A stretch of DNA of 63,863 nucleotides, the filler included, from Basidiobolus ranarum (lineage: Eukaryota), in assembly GCA_040143965.1 (NCBI GenBank). It is 24 parts of 24 records of this genome, joined end to end, with 100 filler letters (N's around TTAATTAATTAA, not from the genome) between each part and the next. Parts side by side here need not be neighbours in the genome. Positions count along the whole stretch, not along the records: positions 21,377 to 23,945 come from JASJQH010003195.1; positions 24,046 to 26,614 come from JASJQH010003196.1; positions 26,715 to 29,282 come from JASJQH010003197.1; positions 29,383 to 31,948 come from JASJQH010003198.1; positions 32,049 to 34,612 come from JASJQH010003199.1; positions 34,713 to 37,275 come from JASJQH010003200.1; 18 more parts are not named here. One strand, 5' to 3'. How positions within the stretch are numbered: position 1 is the stretch's first letter; the number at the start of each line of letters is the position of its first letter. The translations under genes and the position numbers were made by a program. The notes under the pieces are model-generated. The model was not told where the DNA came from. It was given only the letters and a program-made list of their open reading frames with translations, and did not search any database. Below, piece after piece: positions 23,550 through 37,375 of the stretch.

Positions 23550-23945
23550 TTAGTTTTTGATCGGAAGCACCATCTGGGGTGACTCGATATCAAAAATATT
23601 CTCGTAGGATGGAAGCTCGTTTTCGACTTGCTCAACGGTGCATGGGCTGCCAGCGTTTGGTGAGAGAACAAGTGACATACGGTTAGAAGAATAAGGTACA
23701 TAAGGAGGTAGGACATCGAAGAATTCGTCACTACTTTCGGCAGCGACAGTAAAGGGAAAACGGATATAACCGATCTCTTGCTTTCCATTGACATCAAAGT
23801 CAATTTTGAGAGCCATTTCGTGCTCAGTACGAATGTAATCAGTATCACAAGCATGGTAGAAAATCCCTTGGGTTGGGATTTTAACGGGAAGGATCAATTG
23901 GTTTCCTTCAAGCTGTTCGGAGGCAATTTCACGCCATTGTTTAAC
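23550..23945 (-). CDS. Alpha-arrestin-like protein, C-terminal part
   Basis: CDTDYIRTEH.M.LKIDF strand pattern followed by LPPY and LPSY PY-type motifs. Confidence 0.7.
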   Translation of the reverse strand, partial: VKQWREIASEQLEGNQLILPVKIPTQGIFYHACDTDYIRTEHEMALKIDFDVNGKQEIGYIRFPFTVAAESSDEFFDVLPPYVPYSSNRMSLVLSPNAGSPCTVEQVENELPSYENIFDIESPQMVLPIKN

Positions 23946-24045
23946 NNNNNNNNNNNNNNNNNNNNNNNNNNNNNNNNNNNNNNNNNNNNTTAATTAATTA
24001 ANNNNNNNNNNNNNNNNNNNNNNNNNNNNNNNNNNNNNNNNNNNN

Positions 24046-24099
24046 GATTAAAATTGTGATTGTTTTCCTACAATAACAATCCTCAAATTTCTGTTAGGG
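24046..24099 (-). mobile_element. CMC terminus A inserted in Copia RNase H
   Basis: ATTTCTGTTAGGG ends at 24099. Confidence 0.85.
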
Positions 24100-24622
24100 T
24101 CAAGGATGAAATGTATTGACATAAGACATCATTTTATACAAGAGAAAGCTCAAAACAAAGTATTGAACTTCATTTATTGTAATACTGAAAACATGCTTTC
24201 AGATATACTAACAAAACCACTCAAAACTTCAAGCATTGAGAAGTTAAGAGCAGGAATAGGCATTAGTGAGTATAAGCACAATGCTGAATAAGAATTAAGG
24301 GAAGGTGTTGGATAAATTATCTTTATTCAACATCATAATTAACTTATGTTATGACACATATATTGGAAATAGAAAGCAATGTATCTATAGCCCCTATATT
24401 CTAAATAGGAATATCTCTATATCAATATAACAAGTATGTCTTATTATCCCCACTTATCTATCATATCTTATTACACAAACTCCTGAATATCTCAGACAAT
24501 GGATTCACTTTTCTACTATATAAGTCACCATATACTCTTAAGAATAAGGTAACTAAAACACACTATCGTAAGTTGCTTCTAATACCCAAAGTCTACCCTC
24601 ATTATGTCAAGATCCTCAAACA
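24100..24622 (+). mobile_element. Copia 3' end: RNase H C-terminus, PPT, 3' LTR (24306-24622)
   Basis: K.IDIRHHFIQE..DILTKPL*, then AAGGGAAGG, then TGTTG...AACA. The LTR is homologous to 28621-28935. Confidence 0.88.
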
Positions 24623-24849
24623 TTTGCAATACTCCCTTTATATATAGCATAAGTATCTCTTAAGTATACCACTGGAATAGTTGCATATCTTGTACTTCCA
24701 ATCCTTCCACTTTTATTACCTTTGGCTGTTGCAAATATTGATGGGTGATTGAGTGAAATATAATGGGACTTGAATTTGCTTAACCTAGTGCTCCAATTGT
24801 TGAGAACTTCTCTGGAGTCCCACAGGGTTTTTAAAGGTCAAATTTGCTC

Positions 24850-25520
24850 ATGTATAACTGAATAAACAATATAAGAATATTATTAAATAGAGATACATGG
24901 TCACAAATGAAAAATTGCTGGCCCAGCAGACACTCTTAGGTAAGATGATGGCTTGCTTACAATTCAGCCCCAACTCTATTGCAGGCTCACTGTTTGTTGT
25001 GCATGTCAAAAGCATGTCACAATCATTGTAATTTCTCATTGGTATGATAACATTATTTTATTAGTATTTGGATGATAGTAACATGAGTTTCTGAATTGAT
25101 TTCACTCCTTGAATGCACCAAAATATATAGCATGACTTTGTATTGTGTTCTCCATATCTCCCAATTTTACTCTGTGCTTGGGTATCACCAACACACAACA
25201 TGATATGCCCTTTCACTGCATGAGCCTCTATACCTGGTCCATTACAAAGTAGTAGAAATTCATCTATTAGTGGCTATAGAAAGCTGGCTTGATCACTGGG
25301 GGATTTTGGGTCATATATCAGTGAGAGCACCATGATATTTTGGCTCTAGTAGTGCTCAGTTGGTTGAAGATTTAAATTGCGCAGAATTACTGGTCAACAG
25401 GCTTTGCCTATTTTATATTTAGTCAGAGCAAAACCATCATGTGCAGAGGCAAAAGCATGAACAAAGCATTCTTTGAAAAAGCTCTTAGTACAGAGTTCCT
25501 TGCAGTAGAGCCCACCCATT
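24850..25520 (-). pseudogene. Tnp2 transposase of a second, divergent CMC family
   Basis: HAFASAHDGFAL..PVIL.NLNL.P.E.Y..PKSP..PLIDEF..CVGDTQAQSK, with stops. Confidence 0.75.
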
Positions 25521-26329
25521 ATTCTAAATTGTAAATTTACTTGGTATTTTTTTACCAATTTAGCAGTCCTCAGATATGTATGCTTTTCTAACCTGTGCTA
25601 GAAGCACCAAACTTTGCACTAATGTTCCTGGAACCTTCCTTAACACATTCCACATGCTAGTCTGCTTACATCTTGACAAAACTATATATATCAACTTTCA
25701 ACTCAATATATCAAAAAGTAAAATCACCAATTTCTCTATTTCTCCAAACCACTTCCAACTGACTCCCAGAATACTTTAGCACTTAGTGCTCTACTAGCAT
25801 TACCTTATTACCATATATCCCTTTCATCATGCTATATTTGAAAAGGAGAACTATCCGTTGCAATATGCAGATATATCTTTGCTAGCAGAAAATAAGATTG
25901 TTACAGTCTGTATATGCAACCATATTGCTTGAAGCCTCTTAGTTGGATCACCAACTCTTTGAACAAGTCACGCGGTAGGCTGCTGATACTCCTGACAAGT
26001 ACTATGTATGTATAGATCACGTATATCCTTACTATCTATCCCGAATTTGAACTAAGTAAAATTGGACTGATATAACTTCACTAATTAAGATATGAGAAGA
26101 TTCTATATATACAGAATTTGTCCTTATGCCTAAAATATACTTAAACCCCAAATCTATCGTAACTATCCCTGTAGGAAACTGTCTATTATACTGGCATAAT
26201 CTATGAGTACCTTGGATATTCAATTTAGGACCAATATTGACTTCGCATATTTATTTGTTTTCACCTCTTGTATACCGATAAACTCACAAGCACTTCCAAA
26301 TTTTTTGTAGAGCGAGATATAATTGCTCT

Positions 26330-26614
26330 TTAAGCTGCAAATCCACATAAAATACTGCCCGAATCTGAACCTTTACAAACTGTACCCGGTCCGCATTGTC
26401 GGGTAAGCCATTTGCCAAATACGCACTCATGGTACTCAGCACTAATACCATCAGCGATGCATATACTGCTGTTTCCAGAGCATTCGGATTGAGGAGTGTT
26501 GGTTGGAATTTCTACAGTGGATGAAGCATCCGGTTGTGAACCCTCCGGAGTGTTTTCTGATGGTGCAGGTTCATTGGTAACCGAAGGAATTTGTGAGTTT
26601 TCGGAAGATGCTGT
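26330..26614 (-). CDS. C-terminus of a protein with S/T/P linker and CBM19-like chitin-binding domain
   Basis: Not in the ORF track. Reads ..ECSGNSSICIADG..YHECVFGKWLTRQCGPGTVCKGSDSGSILCGFAA*. Confidence 0.75.
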   Translation of the reverse strand, partial: TASSENSQIPSVTNEPAPSENTPEGSQPDASSTVEIPTNTPQSECSGNSSICIADGISAEYHECVFGKWLTRQCGPGTVCKGSDSGSILCGFAA

Positions 26615-26714
26615 NNNNNNNNNNNNNNNNNNNNNNNNNNNNNNNNNNNNNNNNNNNNTTAATTAATTAANNNNNNNNNNNNNNNNNNNNNNNNNNNNNN
26701 NNNNNNNNNNNNNN

Positions 26715-27157
26715 TACAAGAGCATTGTTGATGAACTTCTTGCGTAGAGCAGCGTCACGTACGACGGTGGAAAAGGTCTGACTACCTGTCCAGCCACCTA
26801 ATGAGATCAGAGTCTTCACACCTTTTGCGCTGGCTACTTGTTTGAGTTTACGAATTCTGTTGCCATCATAGTATCTGTCGATAGTGATTTCGGCAGGATC
26901 AGCAGTTTTCTTGGTAAGTACTCCAAATCCTGAAAAAGACAGATTGATGTTAGTGGCATGCAATTATTATTGAGAAATTTCGGGAGCCTACCGTAGTTAA
27001 TATGAGTAACCTTGTCCAAGCTTAACTGTTCGGGTTCCACCTTACCCCAAGGCACATAGTAGCCAACAACAACCTTATCATCGGCAGCCAAGCTTTCAAG
27101 TGGAGCAAATAGTAAGGTTGCAGATAGCGTTGAAAGTATGAAGATAGAGAGCCTCAT
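26715..27157 (-). CDS. Secreted GH18 chitinase, N-terminal part (intron 26930-26991)
   Basis: Signal peptide, VVGYY..W, THINYGF across a GT-AG intron, KTLISLGGW and RKKFI. Confidence 0.92.
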
Positions 27158-28620
27158 TATGTAATTCTTGAATGAATACTACTTCGTTCAGGTTTTATAG
27201 CAAATAATGAGTGGTATGATTACTCGAGCCTCATTAAGTCCTCTGACTTTGACGTGGTGACACAGCATTTAATTAAGCTATCAACTGTATATCGTTTCCT
27301 GAAGCGCTCAAATTCGGCCCAGTTAGTACATATTATACAACTTGGTTACACTCGCTACTTCTATCCTGAATTCATCTTGAATACAAATACTCTTGTGCAC
27401 TCTACTTGACTACTTACGTCGAAGGCCAAGTCTAATACTGGATGCTAAGGACGTACTAAAACCAAGATATGTGGATAAGCACGTACTAAAACCAAGATAT
27501 GTGGAGTGAGTATACTGGGCCGAGGGTATATGTAGTATGATTTTGACCCAGCACTCTAACTCGTGCACGGGGGTTTCTATATGCGTATATAATAGATACT
27601 GGAATCACTACTTCTGTAGGTGATGGGAATTAAAGGTGATGGAAATAACTCCACTGTTTGTTATAAAATGAAGATACTTCCTCATAGTTGACAACAACAT
27701 ACTTAGATAAATGTGATTTAATGCGTGCAACTTGGATCCTTGCACGATTACTAGTACTTAAGGCTGAAAAAATTGTTTTGCTAATCAGTTTATTGTAAAA
27801 CTAACTCAATTTAAATCCAGTTGAGCTTAACAATCATACTTAGTGCTTAACACTAGCTAGCACTGATTTCAAGCCAAGACTATTAACTGTAAACATTGTG
27901 ACTATACTGCTCTATTGATTTGTGTAAGACCCAGGCTTTTAAATGCTAAAGCTTTTAGATCACATACAGCCAGTCCCTTACAAAAATATTTTAGGTTTGG
28001 ATATCATACTATTGTCCTACTCTTTTGTAGTGGTATTATGATGGTATTTCATCCTTTCTCTCATGGTAACTCTAGTAGTCTTCTTTTCCTTTCATTTTCC
28101 TATGGTATTCCTACTCCTATATTTGTGTTTCCTCTGGTCTTCCTATAGTATTCATTCCCATATTTTTCACCAGGCCAGTAGATGCTGTCAATTGTATATA
28201 ACCAGGAGCTACTAATAAGTTTGTTCCTTCAATCTCAAAAAGTGCATTTGGTACTGCATATCATGTATATAGGGGTATAGAAACTTGTTATCTTGAAGTT
28301 GCTTGTTCAGAGATCTGCAATCCAAACAAGTTTTCTTGAGTATTAATATCTATTGGAGTTTGTCTAAAGAATGCTGAGTCATTGATACTGGCCAGAAGCT
28401 TAAACTCACAGGTTCTGGAAAGTAATGATATAAATAATGCTGCTAAAAAAAGTGATGTCATCACAGGTAAACCAAAGGCAACAATCAAGGCTGTCACTTT
28501 TGTGAAGAGGACAAAGTACTCACAAGATATTAAGGAGTATCTCAATAATAAAGTAGGGCAGCAAGCAGAAATAGCCTGTTTTGCGTTCTTGCAGAAACTA
28601 GCAAGACTTGAACCCAGTAC

Positions 28621-28935
28621 TGTTGGATAATTAATCTTTATACAACATCTTAGTTAACTTTATTTATAATAAATATTTCAGAAGCAAAAAGCAACATATC
28701 TATAGCCCCTATATTCTAAATAGAAATATCTCTATAGCTACAAACCAAGTATGGCTTATTACCACCACTTCTCTGTTATATCTTATTACACAAACTCCTG
28801 AAAATCTCAAACAATTGATATACTTCTCTACAATATGCAGCACCATATTCTCTTAAGAATTAAGTAATCAAAAACACTATCATAAGTTTCCTCTAATGTA
28901 CAAAGTCTGCCCCTTTGTGTTGATATCCTCCAACA
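28621..28935 (+). mobile_element. Copia solo LTR with 5-bp TSD AGTAC
   Basis: TGTTGGA...TCCAACA is flanked by AGTAC at 28616-28620 and 28936-28940. Confidence 0.92.
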
Positions 28936-29382
28936 AGTACAGTTGAGAAACAGAATATCAAGAGAAACTGCATGATGTAAGGCTTTCCAGTGCAAGATTT
29001 GCCCTATTTAGAACCAAAGATATCAAAGTGGTTATATTGATTGAATAGTGTGCTCTTTACAAGTAATTGGTGTAGTAAAACAAGAGAGACAATACTGCTC
29101 ATATGGTGGCACAATATTCTATAGAAAAGTGGCTTAATCTTGTCAAAATATATTGAATGAAACTGAAGAATTTTATTTTATCAGTGATCATGGTTGTGAA
29201 ATCTATGAGAAGATTTTACAAAGATTTTAATTGATAATGAGTGCTAATCACATTGGGTGAGCTGCAAATGAATTTTTATCCCNNNNNNNNNNNNNNNNNN
29301 NNNNNNNNNNNNNNNNNNNNNNNNNNTTAATTAATTAANNNNNNNNNNNNNNNNNNNNNNNNNNNNNNNNNNNNNNNNNNNN

Positions 29383-29802
29383 GTCATGTTCTTTGGAACA
29401 TTCCATGAAACCTAACCAATCATGTCATCCCACACATAGTGTATTTCCACCAAGACCTTCCATGGAAGGTCACCTGATCATCCTTACATCATCACTCTTT
29501 GGATTGGTCCTTGTAGTCCTCAACACCCCAACTCTCAAATTTGCCACAGTATATTCCCTATTAAGCATATTATGTTTCACCTTGCTATATCTATATAAGC
29601 CCCATGTATTCCTTGATCAGACCTCAGTCTGATCAATGCCAGTTATCAATAAAGATTCTTGCCAAAGTGTCTTCCTTGTCCAGTCTTGTCTTGTCTTGTC
29701 TAGTCTTGTCTTGTCTTGTCTTGTGGTCTACACCCAAGTACTCTCCTGCCTTCTAGCTTCTTGTCATTGCACCCAGTCCTTGTCCAGTTACTTATTGTGA
29801 CA
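29383..29802 (+). repeat. Probable LTR 3' part, abutting a Copia element
   Basis: Homolog of 15090-15490, with (TCTTG)n. Confidence 0.6.
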
Positions 29803-29861
29803 ATCAGGGCTATTTCTGATTCAATTTGATCACCTAGTTAGGGATACAGGTAGTGCAACTT

Positions 29862-31320
29862 CTAGGATTCTAATGGGCACTTTGGTAGGCAAAATATTGG
29901 TGGAAGGGTCCTCAAGAATGCTATTTTCTTCATTATTTTGGTTTCAACAACATGAATGATTGAATCATGAGAAAATAGATTTTTGTCACCATCTGAGGTC
30001 TTTTTGGGTGAGAATATTTCATTTTCATAAAACAAAATATCACTGGACTTGATTAACATGGCAATTTTGGTATCATAGAGTCTGTAGGCATTAGTTTGCT
30101 TACAATAACCCAGATATATGCATCTCTTACTTTTTGTATCAAATTTAACCAATTTTTGGTCAAAATTTTGATATAAGCAATGCATCTAAAGATTGTTACT
30201 TGTTTTACATCAGGTTTAACTCCTAACCAAGCTTGATATGGTGTACAGTTAGACACACATCTTGTAAAACTCCTATTCTTCTGATATACAGCTGTAGCAA
30301 CAGATTCCACCCAAAAGTTATGAGATACATTTTGTGCATGTATCATAGATCTTGACATATGTATTATAGTACTGCTGGCTCTTTGAGCAACTCCATCAAG
30401 TTGAAGTGAATAGGGGGCAGTAGTTTCTTGCTTAATTTCATGAACTTTGCAAAACTCCATAAATAGAGTTGACTTATATTTTCCATAATTATCCGTATAG
30501 ATTTTCTTGATTTTAGTTCCAGTTTCAGTCTCCACAAGTGTTTTAACATCTCTAAAGAAAGAGAGTGTTTCTTCTTTTCTTTCCATGAAGTAGACCCAAG
30601 TATATCTTGTATAATCATCAATAAAGGAGATTAAATATCTTTTCTGTCCAAAGATACATCTTGCATAGGTCCACACAATTTTGAATGAATGAGATCCAAT
30701 TTTTTGACAGATTTAATAAAACCTGAGCTCTTGAGCAGTTGCTTGGGTTGTTTTCCATATATACAACCCTCACAAATTTCCAATCTGGTTGGAGAGTTAA
30801 ATTGAATTCCAGAAATTAGGCAATTTTTAATCATACAGCTCAAATTATCAAATCTAATGTGGCCAAATCTCTTATGCCATAATTGAATAGTTTCTAGAGT
30901 GGAATAACTTTTATTTATATATAAACCTCTTGCATTATGTGTAAGTTTGTAGAAGTTTGGATCCTTTTCTCCCAAAGTTCAGTAATTTGAATTTCAGTCA
31001 GTAATGGTTCATCCTGACTTATCACAATCAAATTTTAGCCACTCTGAGGTGGCCTTGCATACAGATATTAAATACTTGAAATATTTGGAACAGGTAGTAA
31101 ATCCTTGAAGGTATATACTTTCTCTTCAAAAGCTCCAGTTCAAATTGAATTAAATTGAACCCATTTCAATGGCATCCAATGTGTAGTAAGCTCCCATGAA
31201 AACCTTTCTATTTTGCTTTCTTCATAATACACAAACCAATGTTTCTCATGTGTGAAATGTTGGGAAGCTCCACAATCAATATGGAACTTCTGAGAATCCT
31301 AATTGATAATCAGAGATAGA
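29862..31320 (-). mobile_element. Ty1/Copia pol pseudogene (protease, GAG-pre-integrase, integrase)
   Basis: IDCGASQHF, LWHKRFGH, CEGCIYGKQ, FIDDYTRYTWVY, TPYQAW and AYRLYD. Confidence 0.92.
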
Positions 31321-32099
31321 GCAGATGTGTATTGGGGAAATATAGGCTGTTTGGAGAAACTTTAGAAAAGTGGAGTTGTGAATAGCTTTTATGAGATAAT
31401 AATTTATTGTCCAGAAATGAGGCATTTATTCATTTTTGTAGAAATACAGAAAACTAACACTGGGGTTGTGTTCAGAACATCTGTGGGAGTAAAATGAGAT
31501 ACTTTTGGACCAATTTGGACAAGTTTGAAACTTTCCATATGGAATTGCTAATTCTCTCATTATTCACATATATATATAAGATATGTTCCAGTTTGCAATT
31601 AAGTGATATTTGACTAAGAAATATTAACCAACTTACGTGTGATATTTGAGATGCTTATATTGGATATATGAAATAGTTAGGCATATAAGACGGAGATAAC
31701 AAATATGATAAAGACAATAAACTTCTACACTTCCATGCAACTATATATTTATATATTGTAATCCTCACTTGAATCTCAATTCTGCAGATTTTGGTGTGGT
31801 AATGGTGTGCTAAGGAAGTGAGCAATCATGGCCCCAGCTGGCCAGTACTCTAATTGGATGTGCTTATTCTCAATAGTTTCCCTTACTAAGTGATGTTGAA
31901 TGTCAATGTGCTTACTTTCAGCATGTGATTTGGGATTTTTAGCTAAAGNNNNNNNNNNNNNNNNNNNNNNNNNNNNNNNNNNNNNNNNNNNNTTAATTAA
32001 TTAANNNNNNNNNNNNNNNNNNNNNNNNNNNNNNNNNNNNNNNNNNNNAAGATAGAAAAGAAGGAACGGTTGATATTTCAATTAAATATTTAACCCAAA

Positions 32100-32460
32100 T
32101 AAATCATCAGAGTTTTGAATATCAACTGTAAATCTCGTCGGTATTTGTTGGCTCATTAGCATATTCAGTCTAAATGATAAGAATCTATAAATGATCCATT
32201 TCCATCTATAATAGCTTTACAACAATGAACTTACTTGAATTTTCTTTAATTCCACTTTATATTGCTTTGATCTTCTTTCATGTTGAATCACTCTTCGATC
32301 GATCTTATTGATTTTCTAAAAATGTTTCCAATTTAATAAATCAACGATAAAGTAATCAATTGATGAATATAACTCTATTACCTCATGTAACTTCATTTTC
32401 CTTATACCTTCAGCAAACTCCAACAATTCTATTGTTTCCCGATTGAGATGCTTTTCATTG
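32100..32460 (-). pseudogene. Possible multi-exon coiled-coil gene fragment
   Basis: Short exon-like frames (RETIELLEFAEGIRKMKLHE; KINKIDRRVIQHERRSKQYKVELKKIQ) end at GTAATA and GTAAGT donors. Confidence 0.3.
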
Positions 32461-34712
32461 GTCTAGGTGGGGGAGGGGGGTTCAATGTAAAATAAATGAG
32501 TGATGCTTTTCTTGGATTCAAATATATTACTATGTTAGTTTACCTCCACGTTAAAGACGAACAAGCTCTTACAGTTACCAGAAAAGAAGTCTATGGAAGT
32601 AAATGAATACCAATATTGGATAATGAATTCAGTATGATGAACTCTTACCTGAGGTAAGCAAAGTGAAATATGTATCATCGTAGGGTAGAGGGCCTACAAA
32701 AGACCCCGAGGTCAATTGAGTGGTAATTTTTCCTACAAGTTTCTAATGTCAATATCAATGAATAACATCAGTGGGTACGGCTTGCACTTACTCATTAAGT
32801 AGAATGATTTGGAAACACCACTAATGGCCGAATTAATAGGTGTTTCTTTAGTCATGATCGAATCTAAGGGAATGTAACGAGGCACTCCCATATCAACCTA
32901 TACATCAAGAATGGTTACCCCCTATTAAGGTAAATTCACACAACATGCTTTCTACTAACCAGGTAAAAGGTACCAGAAGTGGGATCAGCACCGGAGGTTT
33001 CAAATCGAATAGCAAGTATAAAAGGTAGTGTACATCCTAAATTTAATTGTTAACACTCAACATCTTCAATTGAGTAATAAAGACGCAAGAACTATACCTT
33101 GATCAAGTCTCTCATGAATTTCGTCGAAAGATTGAATCTTGGATAGGAAAGGGTCGACCCCATGGTTCAAAAGATCCGCTAGAAATTAGTTAAACTTGTG
33201 AATAAATTTTGGAATGATTATCTCGGTTTTGAATTCAATAAATTACCAGTGACAGAACGTTCGGTTTGTAAATCTACACATTTACTATCTGTGACACCCA
33301 AATATCTAAGTTCATAGAAGTGAACGTTATAAGAAACAAAGAACCTGATGCTTTGGAGATATTACAATGGTTTACTTACGCATATGAGATGGACATATTC
33401 TTTTGTTCCATGAGATCCTGTCTCTTCAGGGTTTCCATGAAAGGTGCCAGCACTTTCATTCTAAAGACAGTTCAAATCATATTAGTGGTGGTCTTGTAGA
33501 AGTAGCTTGAAGAATATGGAAATTTACCTATCATAAGTAGTGTGTTTACCCATACTGATAATCAACCAACCATTGTTAGTTAGAACTTACAAAAACTTGC
33601 TTAAAGAAACAAGACTAACCCAACTCCCAAATTGAACACCACTGAGTTGCCACCTAAAAATTACGCCAAAAATCACGCGTTAATTGAAAGTCAATATAGT
33701 TCTCTGCCGGAGTATACATACCGCTAATTGAAAACTGAATATTCTCTTCTAATCTACTATCGTTGAAGACATCCACTTTTTGAGAGTTATAACAACGATC
33801 GAAATATAGTCTTCGTCTAAATTGAATATAAGTAGGAGTATCGGAGACAAAGAAAATCTAACGTTGAACTTACGTTTCAGGGGGGCCATAAGCACCTTCT
33901 ATATGGTTTAAAAAAATATTAGAAGGGAGTACACAAAACATAGAACCCAAGTAAATATGCACCTTTCTCAAGAGTTAAGACCAGATATTTGTTGTTTTCG
34001 CTACAAGAGAGTACTTCACCGACTTTCGTGGGTTCATTTGTAGTGGAATTATGATGTAGTTGCACCAGTACATTGACATTGCCAATAATACAGGCCATAG
34101 TGTAATCTGTGGTGAAGAAAAGAAAAGATACGAGTGGGGTTTCTGTGGACTTGAAAATGAGCTACGCCAAACGCCAAAAGATTAAACGTTGAGGTAACTT
34201 TGAGACTATTGTTTTTTGTTTACAGTTCACGACCATCGAATTAAATTCAATCTACGATACCAAATAATAAGGTTGGCCTTGTTTGTTGATTGATATTTTC
34301 CAATCAAATCACATGCTCGTCGCGAAAATTAGGGTAGTACAGAAGAGTGGGGCTAGGGTTAGGGTTACGATCTTTGGACTTATTCAGGGGAATTTTGATT
34401 AATTTTGTTCAATGATGATTAAATTTCATGGCTATTTAGCAACACAAGATCTAGGAATAGGGTTAGGGTTCCTTGTGAGATCAAGCTAATGTGAAGAATA
34501 ATAAAGTTTTTATTTCAGCTGGTTTTCGCGAGTCTTCTCCTTTTACCACCAACGGTTGTTCTCCCTAGCTTCGTGATGGTATAGTACCTTTACTTATTTT
34601 CAACGTAGAGAGNNNNNNNNNNNNNNNNNNNNNNNNNNNNNNNNNNNNNNNNNNNNTTAATTAATTAANNNNNNNNNNNNNNNNNNNNNNNNNNNNNNNN
34701 NNNNNNNNNNNN

Positions 34713-35125
34713 GGAGCCTTTGATTGTGGAATTTGAATGGTTATCTAATGGGGTTCAGATGGGTGAATATTTTATTAAAGCTAATATCATGGTATGTATT
34801 GATGACACTTCTGCCATCAGTAAACTTGGAGGTTTTCATGGGCATAATGCACTATCTTGCTGTAGATTCTGTCAAATCAATGGAGTTTATTCTATCAGGC
34901 ACATGCATTACTACTTTCCAAATAGAACACTAAACTTGATGATTTTACCATCCAGAGCCCAGTCAGATTTTAACATGATTACTGATGTCACTTCACCAAA
35001 TAGTCAGTCTAACATCAAACTTGGAATTAGCTGTAAGCCTATGATTATATTGCTAAAGGGGATCAGCTGAGCCAGAGCTTCCCATTAGGCACCATGCACT
35101 TTCTATTGAACAACATTCAAATATA
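34713..35125 (+). mobile_element. CMC transposase fragment
   Basis: CIDDTSAISKLGGFHGHNALSCCRFC. Confidence 0.85.
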
Positions 35126-37375
35126 AGGATTCAATACTAAAGGAGATATGCTTCATTATGTCTATTGCTAGGTCCTCACATAATTATAAGTTTCAATATT
35201 GTACTTTCACCACTGGACTTTATGTGAGCTGGGAGAAGATTAATATGCTTTAAACCTAACTAGATCCCTTAATCTGGCATATGTAATGCATATCTGATGG
35301 CCACCTTGCCCAGTAAAAGTGTGAGAACTTTTTTTCATCTTTTGCTACTTCATTCATTCATCTTTTCATATGAAAAGATATGAATGAGTGCTACTTGGCA
35401 GTTTATAATAAGTGTAATTTCTATTTAATAACTTGATGCCAAGCTCAGTGCAAAATAAGTCATTTTCTTCCATTCAGCACTTCATGCAATAATATATGCA
35501 AATATGTAAGTAATGTCTTGACTTGACTAGTTGAATGGTTCTTTATTTGCTGGATATATTCAAGTTTCAAACTCATTTAAAAGATAGGACACATAACCTG
35601 ACACCCATGTGCCTTGCTAAATGATAAATAATGGCTGTAAGTAAGACACACTCCTTTGTCTTTCCTATTAACTATGATCAGTAGTTTGTTCAGTTCAAAC
35701 AGCTAAAATGGAATCATATTACTCAAGTATGCCTTGTTCTGACTTGGATCAGTATCATTAATCATGCTATCTCAAACCTGGGTAAGATGATTGAGTTTTA
35801 CATTAATTGTGAGCAACATGAATGAATGAGTGTATTTGAAACATCAGTGCTCATTTATTTCCACACGGTTTATATTCAGTTGCCCTCATCATTTTGGTCT
35901 CCTCTACCAAATCTTTTACCTATACAGTAACACATCCGGCTTTGTCCTGGTAAACTTTTATTTATGATTTATGAATAAGTTTCTTTCGTAGACTTCTTAC
36001 CATGTATAAGTTGATAGTTGTAGAAGTATTGTGGGAGCAATGTGGAGAGCTAAAAGAATCAGTGACTTTTGCTAACCAATTAGTTGAGTTCAAGTTTAGA
36101 ATTCTCAACAATAGTATCCAGTGGCTGTATAAAATCTAATATATGATCCCCTTAGTTCCTTTTGGACAGATGGACAAGTAAAATCAGACATCCCAAAAGG
36201 TACTATAGTGCCTTGCTTGACTTGAACAATCAGTACAGACATCAATTGTTCGACTTATATATTCAATTTAGTAAAATCTATAGAATTTGTATAGCTCAGT
36301 GGCAAATCGCCAGAGATGTATAATTACAAGGCTTACAGGAAATAACAGTATTGTGAACATATTTGAAATCAAAAGTGCAAGTTTTCGAAAGTAGTGGGCT
36401 ATTTATAGATGATAAAGGGTGAGAGTAATTGTTAGGGTAAAGGATAGGATAGCAAGATAAGATGACAAGCTCAGTGTATTATCAAAGTCTGTAGGGAACA
36501 ATAATATCTTATCCGAGAACAAAGTTTCTTGAGAACTTAGAGGAATACAAGTTTGTAAACCTTCATATACTGTGGAGTATCGAATATCCATCTTCATCTT
36601 AAGATGTTGTACATAAGAGAGATGGATATAGGGATATTCCCGGTGAGAGTGATGATGAAGATGAAGCAGGAAGCAGGAAGTATCTCTTCTTTACCATGTA
36701 AGAATGATTCAACCCAGGTTGTAACCGGATTTGTCAGCGATCTGTTATTAGCAATTGTATGCAAAGGATATCATTCCCTAATAAATAATCGTATATCTAC
36801 AAATATTACTTGCAATAACTTAATTCACATCGTCTTTGAATCTTAGAATTAGTTTTCGTGTCTATTATTGCATCCAATTTGGTTTGTATTAAAAGTTGGA
36901 GGAATGTTTGCCAACGACGAAAGATCATAGAGGTTGTCAGCGTGAAGAGTAAGATCAAAGTTTGATGAGGTATCAGAAAAGCATGGATCATCTATTAGGG
37001 GTAGTGGCATATCTGAGGGCCCCGATCTCTTGAATACTAGTGTAGATATGGGTCTGTTTTGCTGACACTAGTATATGTTGAATAATCGATAAGCCGTTCG
37101 CTATGGATATGTAGTACTATTGTACTCAACACCGCAACTTGTTGTTACAGTGTACTGCAATTGGAACAGGAGTGTGTCGGTGCTTCTGTGTAGGATACTC
37201 TGTACTCATCTTGAGATGTTGATTGTGTACTAATAAGTGGATATGAGTATACCACTGGTGTGAACAATGATGCAGNNNNNNNNNNNNNNNNNNNNNNNNN
37301 NNNNNNNNNNNNNNNNNNNTTAATTAATTAANNNNNNNNNNNNNNNNNNNNNNNNNNNNNNNNNNNNNNNNNNNN

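Noticed and set aside
26330..27157. Chitinase N-terminus and CBM19-like C-terminus appear to be one gene across the gap
   Set aside because: The contigs are ordered by size, so the adjacency is accidental.
27451..27505. 25-bp direct duplication (a similar 19-bp one lies at 55600-55638)
   Set aside because: These are ordinary slippage duplications with no further structure.
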